Shown in pieces: positions 18,186-27,716 of a stretch of DNA of 64,000 nt; positions within the stretch are counted from its first letter, which is position 1; each line of letters opens with the position of its first letter. The translations under genes were made by a program, and so were the position numbers. The DNA is from an uncultured bacterium (GTDB lineage: Bacteria; Babelota; Babeliae; Babelales; Vermiphilaceae). A model generated the notes under the pieces. It saw nothing but the letters and a program-made list of their open reading frames with translations, was not told the origin of the DNA and searched no databases. The stretch lies in NCBI GenBank assembly GCA_963713925.1, contig OY970212.1, forward strand, positions 544,001 to 608,000, in the 5' to 3' direction.

Positions 18186-19568
18186 TCATTTCGGTTGTGC
18201 TGGGAATAACATCTTCAATCGTTGGGAAATGATATCATTATTATCATGCTGTAACCGCGGGTCAGTTGAGTATACGCAGAAGCCATTCGGAAAAAGATTT
18301 ATCATAATGGTCTGCATATTTTCTGATACGGTTATTTCCTGGCTTGGACGTTCTTGTATATTGAAGCCTATTTCTTTTCCATCGACCCAAAGTTTTTTTG
18401 ATTTGAGCGTGATAAAACATTTTTGGTAGGAGGGCCCCCAGTCAGGACGTGGGCCAATGTTAGTATAACGCGGTTCTTTGCATTTCGGGGAGACATCGCG
18501 ATATAATCCAGTATTCGAATCGAGCAAATAGCTTGTGCAGGATACATTGACTTTATCAATAATTGAAAACAACATTTTTGCGTTCTTCTTAATCTCGATA
18601 ACCTTACAATTATTGAGGCAGGCATCTAACATAATGCGACGAACAAGAGTCTTGTTTTCAACAGACCATATATCAATAGTTGATTGGTCATTCACTTTGT
18701 TTTTTGCATATACGAGCGAGGATTTGATGCCTATTGCTTCTCCATCCCCGGCAAAAACTCTGGTATGTTGCAGTAAATTATGGCATGTAAAACGATTATC
18801 GCAGAAATTTCTTATGGCGTAATAATTTTCCATACCACAAAAGCGACCTGACATGTAAAAGGATTCGTCTTCGTTTATCAGAAACCTTTTCCAAAGTGTG
18901 AAATTTGTGACGAGTGCCAGTGAATTTTTATCCGGAAGCCAACACAAAATGTCGGTTGTCGAGGATGGAACATGTCCGACCTGCGTAAGTTCACCGGTTT
19001 TGGGAATATATTCAAACAATCGATTGCCGGAACCCTCCATAGTTATAAGAATGGAATTGTCATCCATGAAATAAGGCTTCGGATAGTTAAATTCAAGAGG
19101 TTTCTGTACGAAGGCCTCATGTTCAAAGAATGTCTTGTGCCCTGTTGTAAAGTCGATAACATGCAATCGGCCAGTATTGCCAGGATCAGAGTAGATCATC
19201 ATGGTTCCGGCTTTGTTCATTTTGTGAGTCATTGAAATGCCGTCATCTGGACTATTATCAGGATCGTCGATTCTGATGAGTGGTTTAAGAACATCGATCC
19301 GATTTTTTGGTAATTCTTTTTGTAAAAGAGCTTGCAATTCTGTCGGGAGCTTCTCATAAGCTTCAAGATGTTTTTTCCATTCATCGTCGCTGCCAGTTTT
19401 TGCGATCTTTTGCATGTGTTGCACAGCTGTTTGCGCGGCAAGTTTTTTTAACGAAGGAAATGATTTGGGCTTTTGTATTGCTTGTATAATCTCAACATTC
19501 GGCTCGCAATGGTCAGCCGCTTGAAGCAGGTGAGTTGTAAAAATGATGAGTGAAAAATATTTTGTCAT
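18186..19568 (-). CDS. Secreted protein with BC-box-like motif (paralogue 3)
   Basis: Start MTKYFSLIIFTTHLLQA; PSLKKLAAQTAV...LPTEL; beta-rich remainder. Confidence 0.75.
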   Translation of the reverse strand: MTKYFSLIIFTTHLLQAADHCEPNVEIIQAIQKPKSFPSLKKLAAQTAVQHMQKIAKTGSDDEWKKHLEAYEKLPTELQALLQKELPKNRIDVLKPLIRIDDPDNSPDDGISMTHKMNKAGTMMIYSDPGNTGRLHVIDFTTGHKTFFEHEAFVQKPLEFNYPKPYFMDDNSILITMEGSGNRLFEYIPKTGELTQVGHVPSSTTDILCWLPDKNSLALVTNFTLWKRFLINEDESFYMSGRFCGMENYYAIRNFCDNRFTCHNLLQHTRVFAGDGEAIGIKSSLVYAKNKVNDQSTIDIWSVENKTLVRRIMLDACLNNCKVIEIKKNAKMLFSIIDKVNVSCTSYLLDSNTGLYRDVSPKCKEPRYTNIGPRPDWGPSYQKCFITLKSKKLWVDGKEIGFNIQERPSQEITVSENMQTIMINLFPNGFCVYSTDPRLQHDNNDIISQRLKMLFPAQPK

Positions 19569-19572
19569 AGAG

Positions 19573-20979
19573 TTACTCAATAGTTTTTTTATGTAGTTTA
19601 AGCAGCTTGTTAAAAAGTTCAGGAAGCGGTGTTTTGTATAAGGTATTAAGCGGTGTCGTGTAAATAAAAGGAACACATCCATCAGCAAATCCGCATAATC
19701 TAGTAAAGTCTTTTGCTTGCTTACCATAAAATGTAATGTTTAATCCTTCAAGAGGAATTCTTACATTACGTGTTATAAGATAATATCGCGATTCCCAAAG
19801 ACCATTGATTTGTATGCGTTTGCTTGTAAAAGAAGCGGGCGTTTTCACATAAAATTGTTCGTCTTTTAGAATAGGACGATTCTTTTTGAAAACGCCCGTT
19901 TTTAAATCAACACTATAAAACGTAGAGTCGTTGAGGTATTCAAGTTTGTTATTGCAATATGACAAAAACACAGGAGAATCCTGCAAAACAATTCTTCGCA
20001 TCACTTGCCTATCGGGAAGATTCCATATCTCAAGTGTTGTTGGATAATGCTCATCCGGACGAGTTTTTTTAGCACATATGAGATCTGGAAAGTGAATAAC
20101 GCATTCATCTGTTCCTTGGCCACCTTTCAGATAAAGGTTACCATCGTCTATGGTGTAACAGTGAAAGTGCTCGTCATAAATTGTTACAAGATGATTATCC
20201 TCCGCGTAGGATAGATAACCGAGAATTTCAGTTTTAGTATGAGCTTGAATATCATATAATATTCGTTTAGTATCAAAAATCCACGAACATACATGTCTTA
20301 CATCTGAATAGAATAGTTTTTTTAAATTATTTGAAACCCAATGAGGAGTGTCAAGGTCACAAGTTGTTTGGTGTTTTATAAGTGTGTTCGACTCAGGAAC
20401 ATATTCGAAAATTGGAGTATTCTTTTGATTTTTATAATAAAATAAAAGCTTATTATTTCCAGTAAAATATGGCTGTACCGATTTGATTGATTCTTGAAAG
20501 TCATGAGGGGTAATTATAGATACTTTTTTTGAAAAATCTTGATCTTCAATTATTTTTTCTTTTTGGGTATCCAAATTTTTCAAAATAAAACGATGAGTCA
20601 CTTCTTTGTCTTGGTATGCTACTAAAGTTCCATCAAAACTCATGCAATAAGTGTGGCTGGGAATGTAGAATGGTTGTGCTGTGTGAATATTTGACAATAC
20701 GTCCATGCCATATTTTGCAAATCTTCTTTTAAAAGCTTCTTGCAATTCAATGGGCAGAGATGCGCTTTTGTTTGCATATTCTTGAGTAATTACACGTTGC
20801 TTATCATCATCTTTATGCCGCATGAAGTGATTCATCTGTTGGATGATTGCTTTTGAAGCAAGGGTTTTGAGCGAAGGAATAGATTTGATCTGAGGAGTTG
20901 CTTTGATGACTTCAAAGTCGGGCAAATCGGCTGCATGTACGAAAAAAGTCACAAAAAGGATAAGTAAAAAATGAAGCAT
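19573..20979 (-). CDS. Secreted protein with BC-box-like motif (paralogue 2)
   Basis: Signal peptide ending VHA; PSLKTLASKAI...LPIEL; shares (D/E)IW...RRI motif with its neighbours. Confidence 0.78.
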   Translation of the reverse strand: MLHFLLILFVTFFVHAADLPDFEVIKATPQIKSIPSLKTLASKAIIQQMNHFMRHKDDDKQRVITQEYANKSASLPIELQEAFKRRFAKYGMDVLSNIHTAQPFYIPSHTYCMSFDGTLVAYQDKEVTHRFILKNLDTQKEKIIEDQDFSKKVSIITPHDFQESIKSVQPYFTGNNKLLFYYKNQKNTPIFEYVPESNTLIKHQTTCDLDTPHWVSNNLKKLFYSDVRHVCSWIFDTKRILYDIQAHTKTEILGYLSYAEDNHLVTIYDEHFHCYTIDDGNLYLKGGQGTDECVIHFPDLICAKKTRPDEHYPTTLEIWNLPDRQVMRRIVLQDSPVFLSYCNNKLEYLNDSTFYSVDLKTGVFKKNRPILKDEQFYVKTPASFTSKRIQINGLWESRYYLITRNVRIPLEGLNITFYGKQAKDFTRLCGFADGCVPFIYTTPLNTLYKTPLPELFNKLLKLHKKTIE

Positions 20980-22304
20980 TATCGATTTTCCTGTTCTGTC
21001 GCAGACGCATTTATTTTTGTGCCGGATTCAAATAGCTTGAGCAGAAATGAAGGTAGTTGAGAAGGTAAGACTGCAGCACCAAGAATAGTTGCTAAGTTTG
21101 TTGCTCTAAGAACATTCGTATCTTTGTCGGAATAAAAACGTGTTTTTAGTTGACTGTTTAAATAAACAACCATGTCATCTTTACGCAAGCAAATGCCATT
21201 TTTAATAGTACCACTATAGAGAGCGGGTTTTTCAGACATTTCAACTTCCATATAGTTTCCTGTTGCTATATCAAACAAAAAATGCCTAGAAAGTATTGTA
21301 GAGCATACTTCAATCGTACCACTATCTAAAAAACCAATTTTTTCAATGAACGTATCATTACATGTAATTCGTCGGACGAGTTGTCGACTTTCTATAGACC
21401 ATATATCAATGTTCTCGGGGTTAACGCTCTCGGGTAGATTCTTAGTGGCGACAGCAATAAAGGGGAATCGAAATGTACAATTCTGACTTTTTTCTGGTCC
21501 TTGTAAGAGGAGAGTGCTATTGTGAACATCATAGCAATAAAATCGTGACTTATCCCTTACAACTAAGAAATTATCGTCAGCCGCGATGAAATCACCAGGT
21601 AAAGACACCACCTTTTTGGTGTCGGTATTACACAAACGCATATTCAGTAGTGAATCAACATATACGAGTGAATTTGCTTTGGGAGATATCCAAGGAACTG
21701 AGGATATCCAAAGAATATGTGCCTTTTGGGGCAGATGGATTGGATTATCAAATTCTTTATTTTTGAGATCAAACACGAAAAAGTCTGGATTGTCATTATC
21801 AACATGACGATTAATAGCGCATAGTATTAATTTTTCTGACGTGAAGTATGGTGGAAAATCTAAGCAACCAACGTCTTTTTTGGGGATAATATGATATTCC
21901 GCGCATCGGTCTCCATCGATATGAAATATCAATAGCGTTTTTTTGTCAAATGCCAGCGCCCATTCAAGATTAGGACTCACATTAAGCTGGGCCGGATCAA
22001 CATGATATTTTTCGTCGAACGCATGTAATATTTTTTTCATCGAATCAACTCTTTTATACCGGTATGCTGTTTCAAAATAAGTTTTTAGACAAGAAGGTAA
22101 AACTATACGCTGATCGATATATGACTGAAGCGTCTGTGCTATCTTGGGATGATTGAGATTCATCACAACAGATCGCGCAACAAGATCTTTAAGGGAAGGG
22201 ACTTGGGAGTGAGTGGCTTTAATTATTTCGATGCTTTGCTCAGACAAATCGGCAGAATGACCGGAGAATGCCGTTGCTAATAATAGTACAAAGATCTTAC
22301 GCAT
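20979..22304 (-). CDS. Secreted protein with BC-box-like motif (paralogue 1)
   Basis: Signal peptide; PSLKDLVARSV...LPSCL; IDIWSIESRQLVRRI. Confidence 0.78.
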   Translation of the reverse strand: MRKIFVLLLATAFSGHSADLSEQSIEIIKATHSQVPSLKDLVARSVVMNLNHPKIAQTLQSYIDQRIVLPSCLKTYFETAYRYKRVDSMKKILHAFDEKYHVDPAQLNVSPNLEWALAFDKKTLLIFHIDGDRCAEYHIIPKKDVGCLDFPPYFTSEKLILCAINRHVDNDNPDFFVFDLKNKEFDNPIHLPQKAHILWISSVPWISPKANSLVYVDSLLNMRLCNTDTKKVVSLPGDFIAADDNFLVVRDKSRFYCYDVHNSTLLLQGPEKSQNCTFRFPFIAVATKNLPESVNPENIDIWSIESRQLVRRITCNDTFIEKIGFLDSGTIEVCSTILSRHFLFDIATGNYMEVEMSEKPALYSGTIKNGICLRKDDMVVYLNSQLKTRFYSDKDTNVLRATNLATILGAAVLPSQLPSFLLKLFESGTKINASATEQENR

Positions 22305-22449
22305 ATAATCCTTTTATCGGATTGTCGATGAAATCTACAATGAGCATAGTGTATCTTGCAATATCTGCTCAGGCAAGTGCGATGATGGAGTTCGTTATCT
22401 TTAAAACGGGCTCCAAATGAAATGGTTGTGAAATTTGGGTATTTAACTC

Positions 22450-22477
22450 TTGGCAAAGCAGCCGAATGTGGTACAAT
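22450..22477 (+). promoter_or_regulatory. Sigma70-like promoter for the tRNA
   Basis: TTGGCA-16 nt-TACAAT with extended TG, about 21 nt before the tRNA. Confidence 0.55.
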
Positions 22478-22498
22478 GCTTAGCAGCAGCATTTTTGA

Positions 22499-22575
22499 GG
22501 GCCCATAGCTCAGTCGGTTAGAGCAATCGGCTCATAACCGAGAGGTCCCAGGTTCAAGTCCTGGTGGGCCCACCA
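22499..22575 (+). tRNA. tRNA with CAT anticodon, probably tRNA-Ile2 (lysidine)
   Basis: GGGCCCA/TGGGCCC acceptor stem, CTCATAA loop, GTTCAAGTCC, encoded CCA; resembles Ile2 more than Met. Confidence 0.9.
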
Positions 22576-22605
22576 CAAACCCTCACAGCCAGGTAGGTAG
22601 AAGCA

Positions 22606-23313
22606 ATGTCTTTTGATCCATTTGCAGCGTTTATAGATCTGGTTTCTATGGATCACAGAGTTCAAGCTTCCCGCGCTTCTCTTGAACAAAAAAAAGAATA
22701 TATTTCTCAATTAACTGATTCACTCAACGTGGGCAAACGAGCAGTTGGAAAGATTGAAGATGAGCTGCATGCTCATAAAAAAAATGCTGATGCGCTACAA
22801 CTTGAACTGAGAGCCATTGATGATCGCCTCACTTACGTTCGTAAGGCTTTAACAACTGCGGGTAGCCCCAAAGAATATTTTTCATTAGAAGCGGAATTAA
22901 AGCAGCTTTCAGAAAAACAATCGACCATTGAAGAGCAGTTATTTGCCGCATTAAACACACTTGATAAAGATGCGCAAACTCTCGTTCAAGAACAGGAGCG
23001 ATACAAAAAAGCGTCCCATGCCATTCATCAAGAAGTTGCTCAAGTCCAGAGTTTATGCAAAGAGCTTGAGGAAATAATAGCCCACTCTTTACAACAGATA
23101 GAATCGCTCAAGCCACAGGTTAATCCGGAAGTTCTTGAACGTTTTATGCAAATGAAGAAAAAAATAGCTGATCCGGTCGTTCCTGTTGTTGATGGCGCAT
23201 GCAGCGGATGTTTTAGCACAGTTCCTGAGAAAGATTTATACGCATTGAGTAGGCGCACGTTGGTTGAGTGTAAAAATTGTTTTCGCTTATTATATTTGCC
23301 AAGCGCCGTTTAA
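22606..23313 (+). CDS. Coiled-coil protein with C4 zinc ribbon (DUF164/CT398-like)
   Basis: Long coiled coil then CSGCF...CKNCFRLLY; the usual neighbour of RNase HI. Confidence 0.85.
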   Translation: MSFDPFAAFIDLVSMDHRVQASRASLEQKKEYISQLTDSLNVGKRAVGKIEDELHAHKKNADALQLELRAIDDRLTYVRKALTTAGSPKEYFSLEAELKQLSEKQSTIEEQLFAALNTLDKDAQTLVQEQERYKKASHAIHQEVAQVQSLCKELEEIIAHSLQQIESLKPQVNPEVLERFMQMKKKIADPVVPVVDGACSGCFSTVPEKDLYALSRRTLVECKNCFRLLYLPSAV

Positions 23314-23323
23314 AAGGTGAGAG

Positions 23324-23839
23324 ATGCAGTTATCGATTTTTCAAAATCCTGAATCTGATGTTTCCAAACACGTCAAACCAAAAATCAAAAATTATAAGCT
23401 CTATGTTGATGGGGCATCACGCAATAATCCGGGCCCTTCGGGAGCCGGCATTTATATCATCGCGGATGACAAAGAGATGGTAAAAGAAGGCTTTTATTTG
23501 GGAACAAAAACCAACAATCAAGCAGAATATCTTGCGCTTTTGATTGGGCTTTGTTTGTATTCAGAATATGTTTCTGATACAACGCATCTGCATATTTTTT
23601 CAGATTCCCAACTTTTGGTGCGTCAGCTACAGGGAATATATAAGGTAAAAGATCAGAATTTGTTGCCGCTTTTTACCGCAGCAAAAAAAATGCTTTTGAA
23701 AATGCATTATACAGCATCGCATATATTGCGGGAGCATAATGCAATCGCAGATCTCTGCGCCAACAAGGGTATAGACACAAAAAAGAGGGTTCCTGATCAT
23801 GTTAAAACGATTCTTTCTGAATATTCTATTACTATTTAG
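23324..23839 (+). CDS. rnhA: Ribonuclease HI
   Basis: YVDGASRNNPGPSGAG, TNNQAEY, SDSQL, REHN...AD. Confidence 0.92.
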   Translation: MQLSIFQNPESDVSKHVKPKIKNYKLYVDGASRNNPGPSGAGIYIIADDKEMVKEGFYLGTKTNNQAEYLALLIGLCLYSEYVSDTTHLHIFSDSQLLVRQLQGIYKVKDQNLLPLFTAAKKMLLKMHYTASHILREHNAIADLCANKGIDTKKRVPDHVKTILSEYSITI

Positions 23840-25118
23840 TGCGGCGTTAAGTGGTGATGAACAGACTCAGATCGAGACTGTTCCAGCTGAGACGTCAGTG
23901 CAATCATCTCTGATTGTTCAATCAGAACCGGCAGTGCCGACACCTCAATCTCATTCTCCCGGCGCTCAGTCTGAACCTCGCATTGCAAAGCCTGCAGAAA
24001 GTGCACAAATCGATACCGCCAATAAAACGAATAACATTCCTACGGCGCAACGTCGGCTCTACATTAGGGTATTGCTTGATGAGATTTCCCAAGCATCATT
24101 GTGCGAGTGGGATATTTCTTCGCAGGACAAATTGATCATACGGTTTGAAAATCCTGATGCAACCGTTGCGAGCAAATCGCCAAATGCTCAAATGAAAATA
24201 GCGGACGGCATGGTCTATTTAAATGGAGCCAAAGTCGAAAGCGAACGCATCTCATTTCGCTCTTCGGATAACATAATTACCTACAATGGAATGAGCTATT
24301 TCGGTTCGCTTTCGATTGTCAAACAAGGTGAATCCTTTTATCTCATTAATAAAGTTGAGTTGGAAGATTATATTTGTTCGGTATTAGCCACCGAAAGCTG
24401 GCCCGGCTGGCCTCTTGAAATTAATAAAGTATTTGCCGTCACGTGTCGCACTTATGCGATTTCAGTCGCACTTCGATCAAAAAAGCAAAAGAGTTTGTAT
24501 CACGTGCGCAATACGAATCATCATCAGACCTATAAAGGTATGACAAAAAAAGATATCTTGCGTCGCGCAGTTGAAGATACAAAAGGTATGTTCATCATGT
24601 ATGATAATAAGCCGATATTAGCGATGTTTGATTCTTGCTGTGGGGGAGTTGTCCCTGCTCATATAGATGATTTTAATTTTGAAAAGGCGCCCTATTTGGC
24701 GCGCACCTATGCATGCACACATTGTAAAGAATCAAAATTATATCGGTGGACACACGAGTTTGATGTGCACACATTTCACGATTTGTTATCTGAGTCATTT
24801 TCTCATGTTATACCTCTGCGAGAAATTAAAGTGACAAAAAAAGATAAGGCAGGATTGGCAAAAGAGGTTTGGATCAGGCATAAGGGTGGAATCGAATCTA
24901 TCACGGGCAAATCATTATATGGATTGTCTCCCAAAATTAAAAGTTATTGTTTTGATGTAAAAAAACGTGGATCGAAAGTGATTTTTCAAGGTCGCGGTTT
25001 TGGACACCATCTTGGGCTTTGCCAATGGGGAGCTCGGGCGATGGTTGATAAAGGATGGGATTTTATGGGAATCATATCCTATTATTATCCGGGAACATCA
25101 TTGGCGCGACTGTCATAG
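23799..25118 (+). CDS. SpoIID/LytB-domain peptidoglycan hydrolase
   Basis: LEDYICSV...E, RTYA, HQTYKG, GRGFGHHLGLCQWGA...YYPG; signal peptide. Confidence 0.9.
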   Translation: MLKRFFLNILLLFSAALSGDEQTQIETVPAETSVQSSLIVQSEPAVPTPQSHSPGAQSEPRIAKPAESAQIDTANKTNNIPTAQRRLYIRVLLDEISQASLCEWDISSQDKLIIRFENPDATVASKSPNAQMKIADGMVYLNGAKVESERISFRSSDNIITYNGMSYFGSLSIVKQGESFYLINKVELEDYICSVLATESWPGWPLEINKVFAVTCRTYAISVALRSKKQKSLYHVRNTNHHQTYKGMTKKDILRRAVEDTKGMFIMYDNKPILAMFDSCCGGVVPAHIDDFNFEKAPYLARTYACTHCKESKLYRWTHEFDVHTFHDLLSESFSHVIPLREIKVTKKDKAGLAKEVWIRHKGGIESITGKSLYGLSPKIKSYCFDVKKRGSKVIFQGRGFGHHLGLCQWGARAMVDKGWDFMGIISYYYPGTSLARLS

Positions 25119-25146
25119 GTTTTGTTAAGTTTTTGAAAATCAATAA

Positions 25147-25464
25147 GAAGCTGATCCGAAATCTCCGAAAGTTCCTTATTGTTTTGTCATCCTGAATTTA
25201 TTTCAGGATCCAGTCTTCGCTTATCCGGGCCTTCACGCTCGGCAAGCTACGCCTGGCTGCGCCACTAAAGGATTTTTGCATTGAAATAGCGAAGACTGTC
25301 CTGCATAGTTGAACACATCCTGAGGTTTTACTTCATAGTAGGAACGCAGCATGGACTAAAACTCGCTCAAAACAAAATTAATTTCTTCGCCAAGATGCTG
25401 AAACAAGTGCCTCTTGACAAGCGATCTTTTTTATTCAGAAAGTTTAATTTTTGTGTAAGCTCTA
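25147..25464. repeat. Family A element, copy 2 (inverted), interrupted by a family B element
   Basis: Ends match the reverse complement of 16974-17119; gtcatcctgaatttatttcaggatc at 25186-25210 and gatgctgaaacaagt at 25394-25408. Confidence 0.7.
25210..25358 (+). repeat. Structured repeat family B
   Basis: cagtcttcgc...gcgaagactg stem, gctacgcctggc, cctgaggttttactt, ...ggacta; colinear with 38124-38271. Confidence 0.75.
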
Positions 25465-25477
25465 AAATAGTTCCAAA

Positions 25478-25523
25478 CCGTTCGTGGTGAGAGAAGAGAA
25501 ACGAAGTCGAACCATTCGAACGG
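25478..25523 (+). repeat. REP-like repeat family C (ccgttcgtggtgag...gtcgaacca.tcgaacg)
   Basis: Same motif at 32986-33111 and 46569-46771. Confidence 0.75.
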
Positions 25524-25556
25524 CAAAAAAACGAGTAATTTTTTTAAAGGATCAAC

Positions 25557-25808
25557 ATGTATAAACAGATTTTTGCGTTGCTTTTTGTCATTCCTACTTT
25601 TATGTGCGCTGCTGATCAGCGTCGATATGAAAAAGTGGATGACATAACTAATCGGCTTATTAAAGTTGCCAAACAGAACCTACTTGTTAAAGAATTTGTA
25701 GAGCAATACGGGCAACATCCTTTCACACCGGAATATACACCCGCCTTTACTCGTCACGGTCACCGAAGAATAGGCGCAGCTCTCTTTCAAGGTGAACAAG
25801 GCAAATAA
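25557..25808 (+). CDS. Small secreted hypothetical protein
   Basis: RBS aagga; signal peptide MYKQIFALLFVIPTFMCA. Confidence 0.65.
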   Translation: MYKQIFALLFVIPTFMCAADQRRYEKVDDITNRLIKVAKQNLLVKEFVEQYGQHPFTPEYTPAFTRHGHRRIGAALFQGEQGK

Positions 25809-25828
25809 AGGATTTTTCGGAGTAAGTA

Positions 25829-26293
25829 ATGCCGCAATATAAAACACATCTTGCTGGTGGTATCATCGCATTTTTAGTGACCGCCTTTTGCGTATCTCAA
25901 ATGGTACATCCGACGGTTCCGGTGCTTTTTGAATGGATGCTCTGCACGTTAATTGGCTCATTATTTCCCGATGTTGATATCAAAAGCAAAGGGCAGTTGA
26001 GCGTTTATTGGCTGATCAGTTTATTAGTTGGATATTATATTTTGTTTCGGCATGATTATCGTATTGCGGCCTGGATATCTTTTTTAGCATTTTTACCATT
26101 ATTGGTGAGACATCGCGGCATTTTCCACTCATTTACCTTTATTATTTTCATTGAGCTGATCGGCTTTTGTTTCATTGCCATATACGTGCCTCAGGTAGCT
26201 CGCATTGTCGCCTACGATCTCATTTTTTTCACGTCAGGGGTTTTGAGTCACTTGTTGCTTGATTATGGAATAAGAAGATTTTTACGAATCTAG
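25829..26293 (+). CDS. Membrane-bound metal-dependent hydrolase (YdjM-like)
   Basis: YKTH, GSLFPDVD, HRGIFHS, SHLLLD. Confidence 0.88.
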   Translation: MPQYKTHLAGGIIAFLVTAFCVSQMVHPTVPVLFEWMLCTLIGSLFPDVDIKSKGQLSVYWLISLLVGYYILFRHDYRIAAWISFLAFLPLLVRHRGIFHSFTFIIFIELIGFCFIAIYVPQVARIVAYDLIFFTSGVLSHLLLDYGIRRFLRI

Positions 26294-27628
26294 AATACTA
26301 CTATTAATGTACTGTCTTAAAAGAAATAATGAAAACCCATCAGGTCTAATCGGAATCACGTGATTCCGATGGTTGCTTTGCGCGAAAAATATTTTTTTTG
26401 CATATATCCCGGTGGTAAAAGATTCATTTGTTTTTTTATTACGTAATATGAGGGAATCAAGGCCGTTCTCAGCTGAATCAATCGAATTTTGAAATTCGAA
26501 TGTATAATTCGACTGATTATTGTCAGTAATAATATATGTATTACCATTGGATTTAAAAAGAATGCTTGAAGATGTTCCTTTTGATGTGGAGCAGAATTTT
26601 TCATGCGCAGATTTATTACGTGCTTTACAAGTGATAGAGCAATAGAAAGTATTGTGACAATCGAGACATGCAAGTGAGTCATCTGTATCGATATCTTTGT
26701 TACAGGCGCAACAATAATTTCTCAGATCCGCAAGAAGCTTTGGAGTCAGCTCTTGTTCTTCAGCTGCTTGCAACTCTGCTATTTTATATGATCGAGTAAG
26801 ATCTTTCAAAAGGATTTCATGATCTCGGACGTAACCAGATTCCCCGATGGTTGATCTATAATAGGGAGACTGACTGAGGAATTGTGCGATGGGTTTTCGG
26901 TCATTCAAGTCGTTCATAAGCATATGTGAAAGATGCTCAATAAAAAGTGGATGCTCAAGAAGGCCTTTAAAATCTACTCTATAGAGCCGATTTGCGGTAG
27001 TAACGGAACGGTGTATTTTGTCGATGAGTTTTTCATAGCACATACTTCTTAAAGCAAGAAGTGGTGCGGAATATATTCCAATTTCTACCTGTAATTTATC
27101 TAGCTTTGTCTTTGGTCCTTTTAATTTTTTGCCTAACTTTTTCAAGCGGAATAGTTCACTCTCTGTATGAGCCTGTTCAAATACTTTTGTGGCAGAAAAT
27201 GAAAATTGTCGTTTGCTGCTTGGCGGCAATACGCTTAACATTTCTGAAAATGCGATATCTTCTTGTGCAATGAGCATTTTAATTTTTTCCGAATCTATGA
27301 GCGAAGGAATCTGTATGCCGGACGCTCTTTGTGTCAGTGTGATGAGTGCTTGTATCGTGTCCTTGATAGGAGCCTTATGTGGAAGGAACTGGTGACATTG
27401 GTCTATTTCCTTAAGAAGCTCGCTATTTGTTTTGATAAGTGAGTGTATTTCATCGCGCTTTTTTTTGAGTTCTTCAATGCGTGTATTGTAATTTTCCACT
27501 AATTCAAAAGGGTTTGAAAGCTCATCGAGCATGTGTGGGTTGGTTTTTGAAGATTGTTTTGTTTGATCTGCCGCTTGAATAAGGTAAGTTCCAAATGAAA
27601 TCAGAAAAAAAAGAATGTGATATACCAT
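26282..27628 (-). CDS. Secreted coiled-coil protein with MYND-type zinc finger
   Basis: CCACNK...CLDCHNTFYCSITCKARNKSAHEKFC; signal peptide ending IQA. Confidence 0.82.
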   Translation of the reverse strand: MVYHILFFLISFGTYLIQAADQTKQSSKTNPHMLDELSNPFELVENYNTRIEELKKKRDEIHSLIKTNSELLKEIDQCHQFLPHKAPIKDTIQALITLTQRASGIQIPSLIDSEKIKMLIAQEDIAFSEMLSVLPPSSKRQFSFSATKVFEQAHTESELFRLKKLGKKLKGPKTKLDKLQVEIGIYSAPLLALRSMCYEKLIDKIHRSVTTANRLYRVDFKGLLEHPLFIEHLSHMLMNDLNDRKPIAQFLSQSPYYRSTIGESGYVRDHEILLKDLTRSYKIAELQAAEEQELTPKLLADLRNYCCACNKDIDTDDSLACLDCHNTFYCSITCKARNKSAHEKFCSTSKGTSSSILFKSNGNTYIITDNNQSNYTFEFQNSIDSAENGLDSLILRNKKTNESFTTGIYAKKIFFAQSNHRNHVIPIRPDGFSLFLLRQYINSSILDS

Positions 27629-27716
27629 TGTGCGCTGCCCCTATGAACAATTTTTTCTATACATTATACTAAAATATACTAAAAAAAATTCACTTTTGTA
27701 ATGATAAGGAATCTTA

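Noticed and set aside
19569..19727. N-terminal extensions in the ORF track (18186-19727, 14097-14729, 31662, 54012, 57549)
   Set aside because: They overlap neighbours or precede better starts with an RBS or signal peptide; shorter starts were used.
22510..22710. ORFs 22510-22710 and 57277-57576
   Set aside because: Antisense translations of tRNA genes and repeats (WAHQDLNLGP, GLDPATFRVTGGRSNQLSY).
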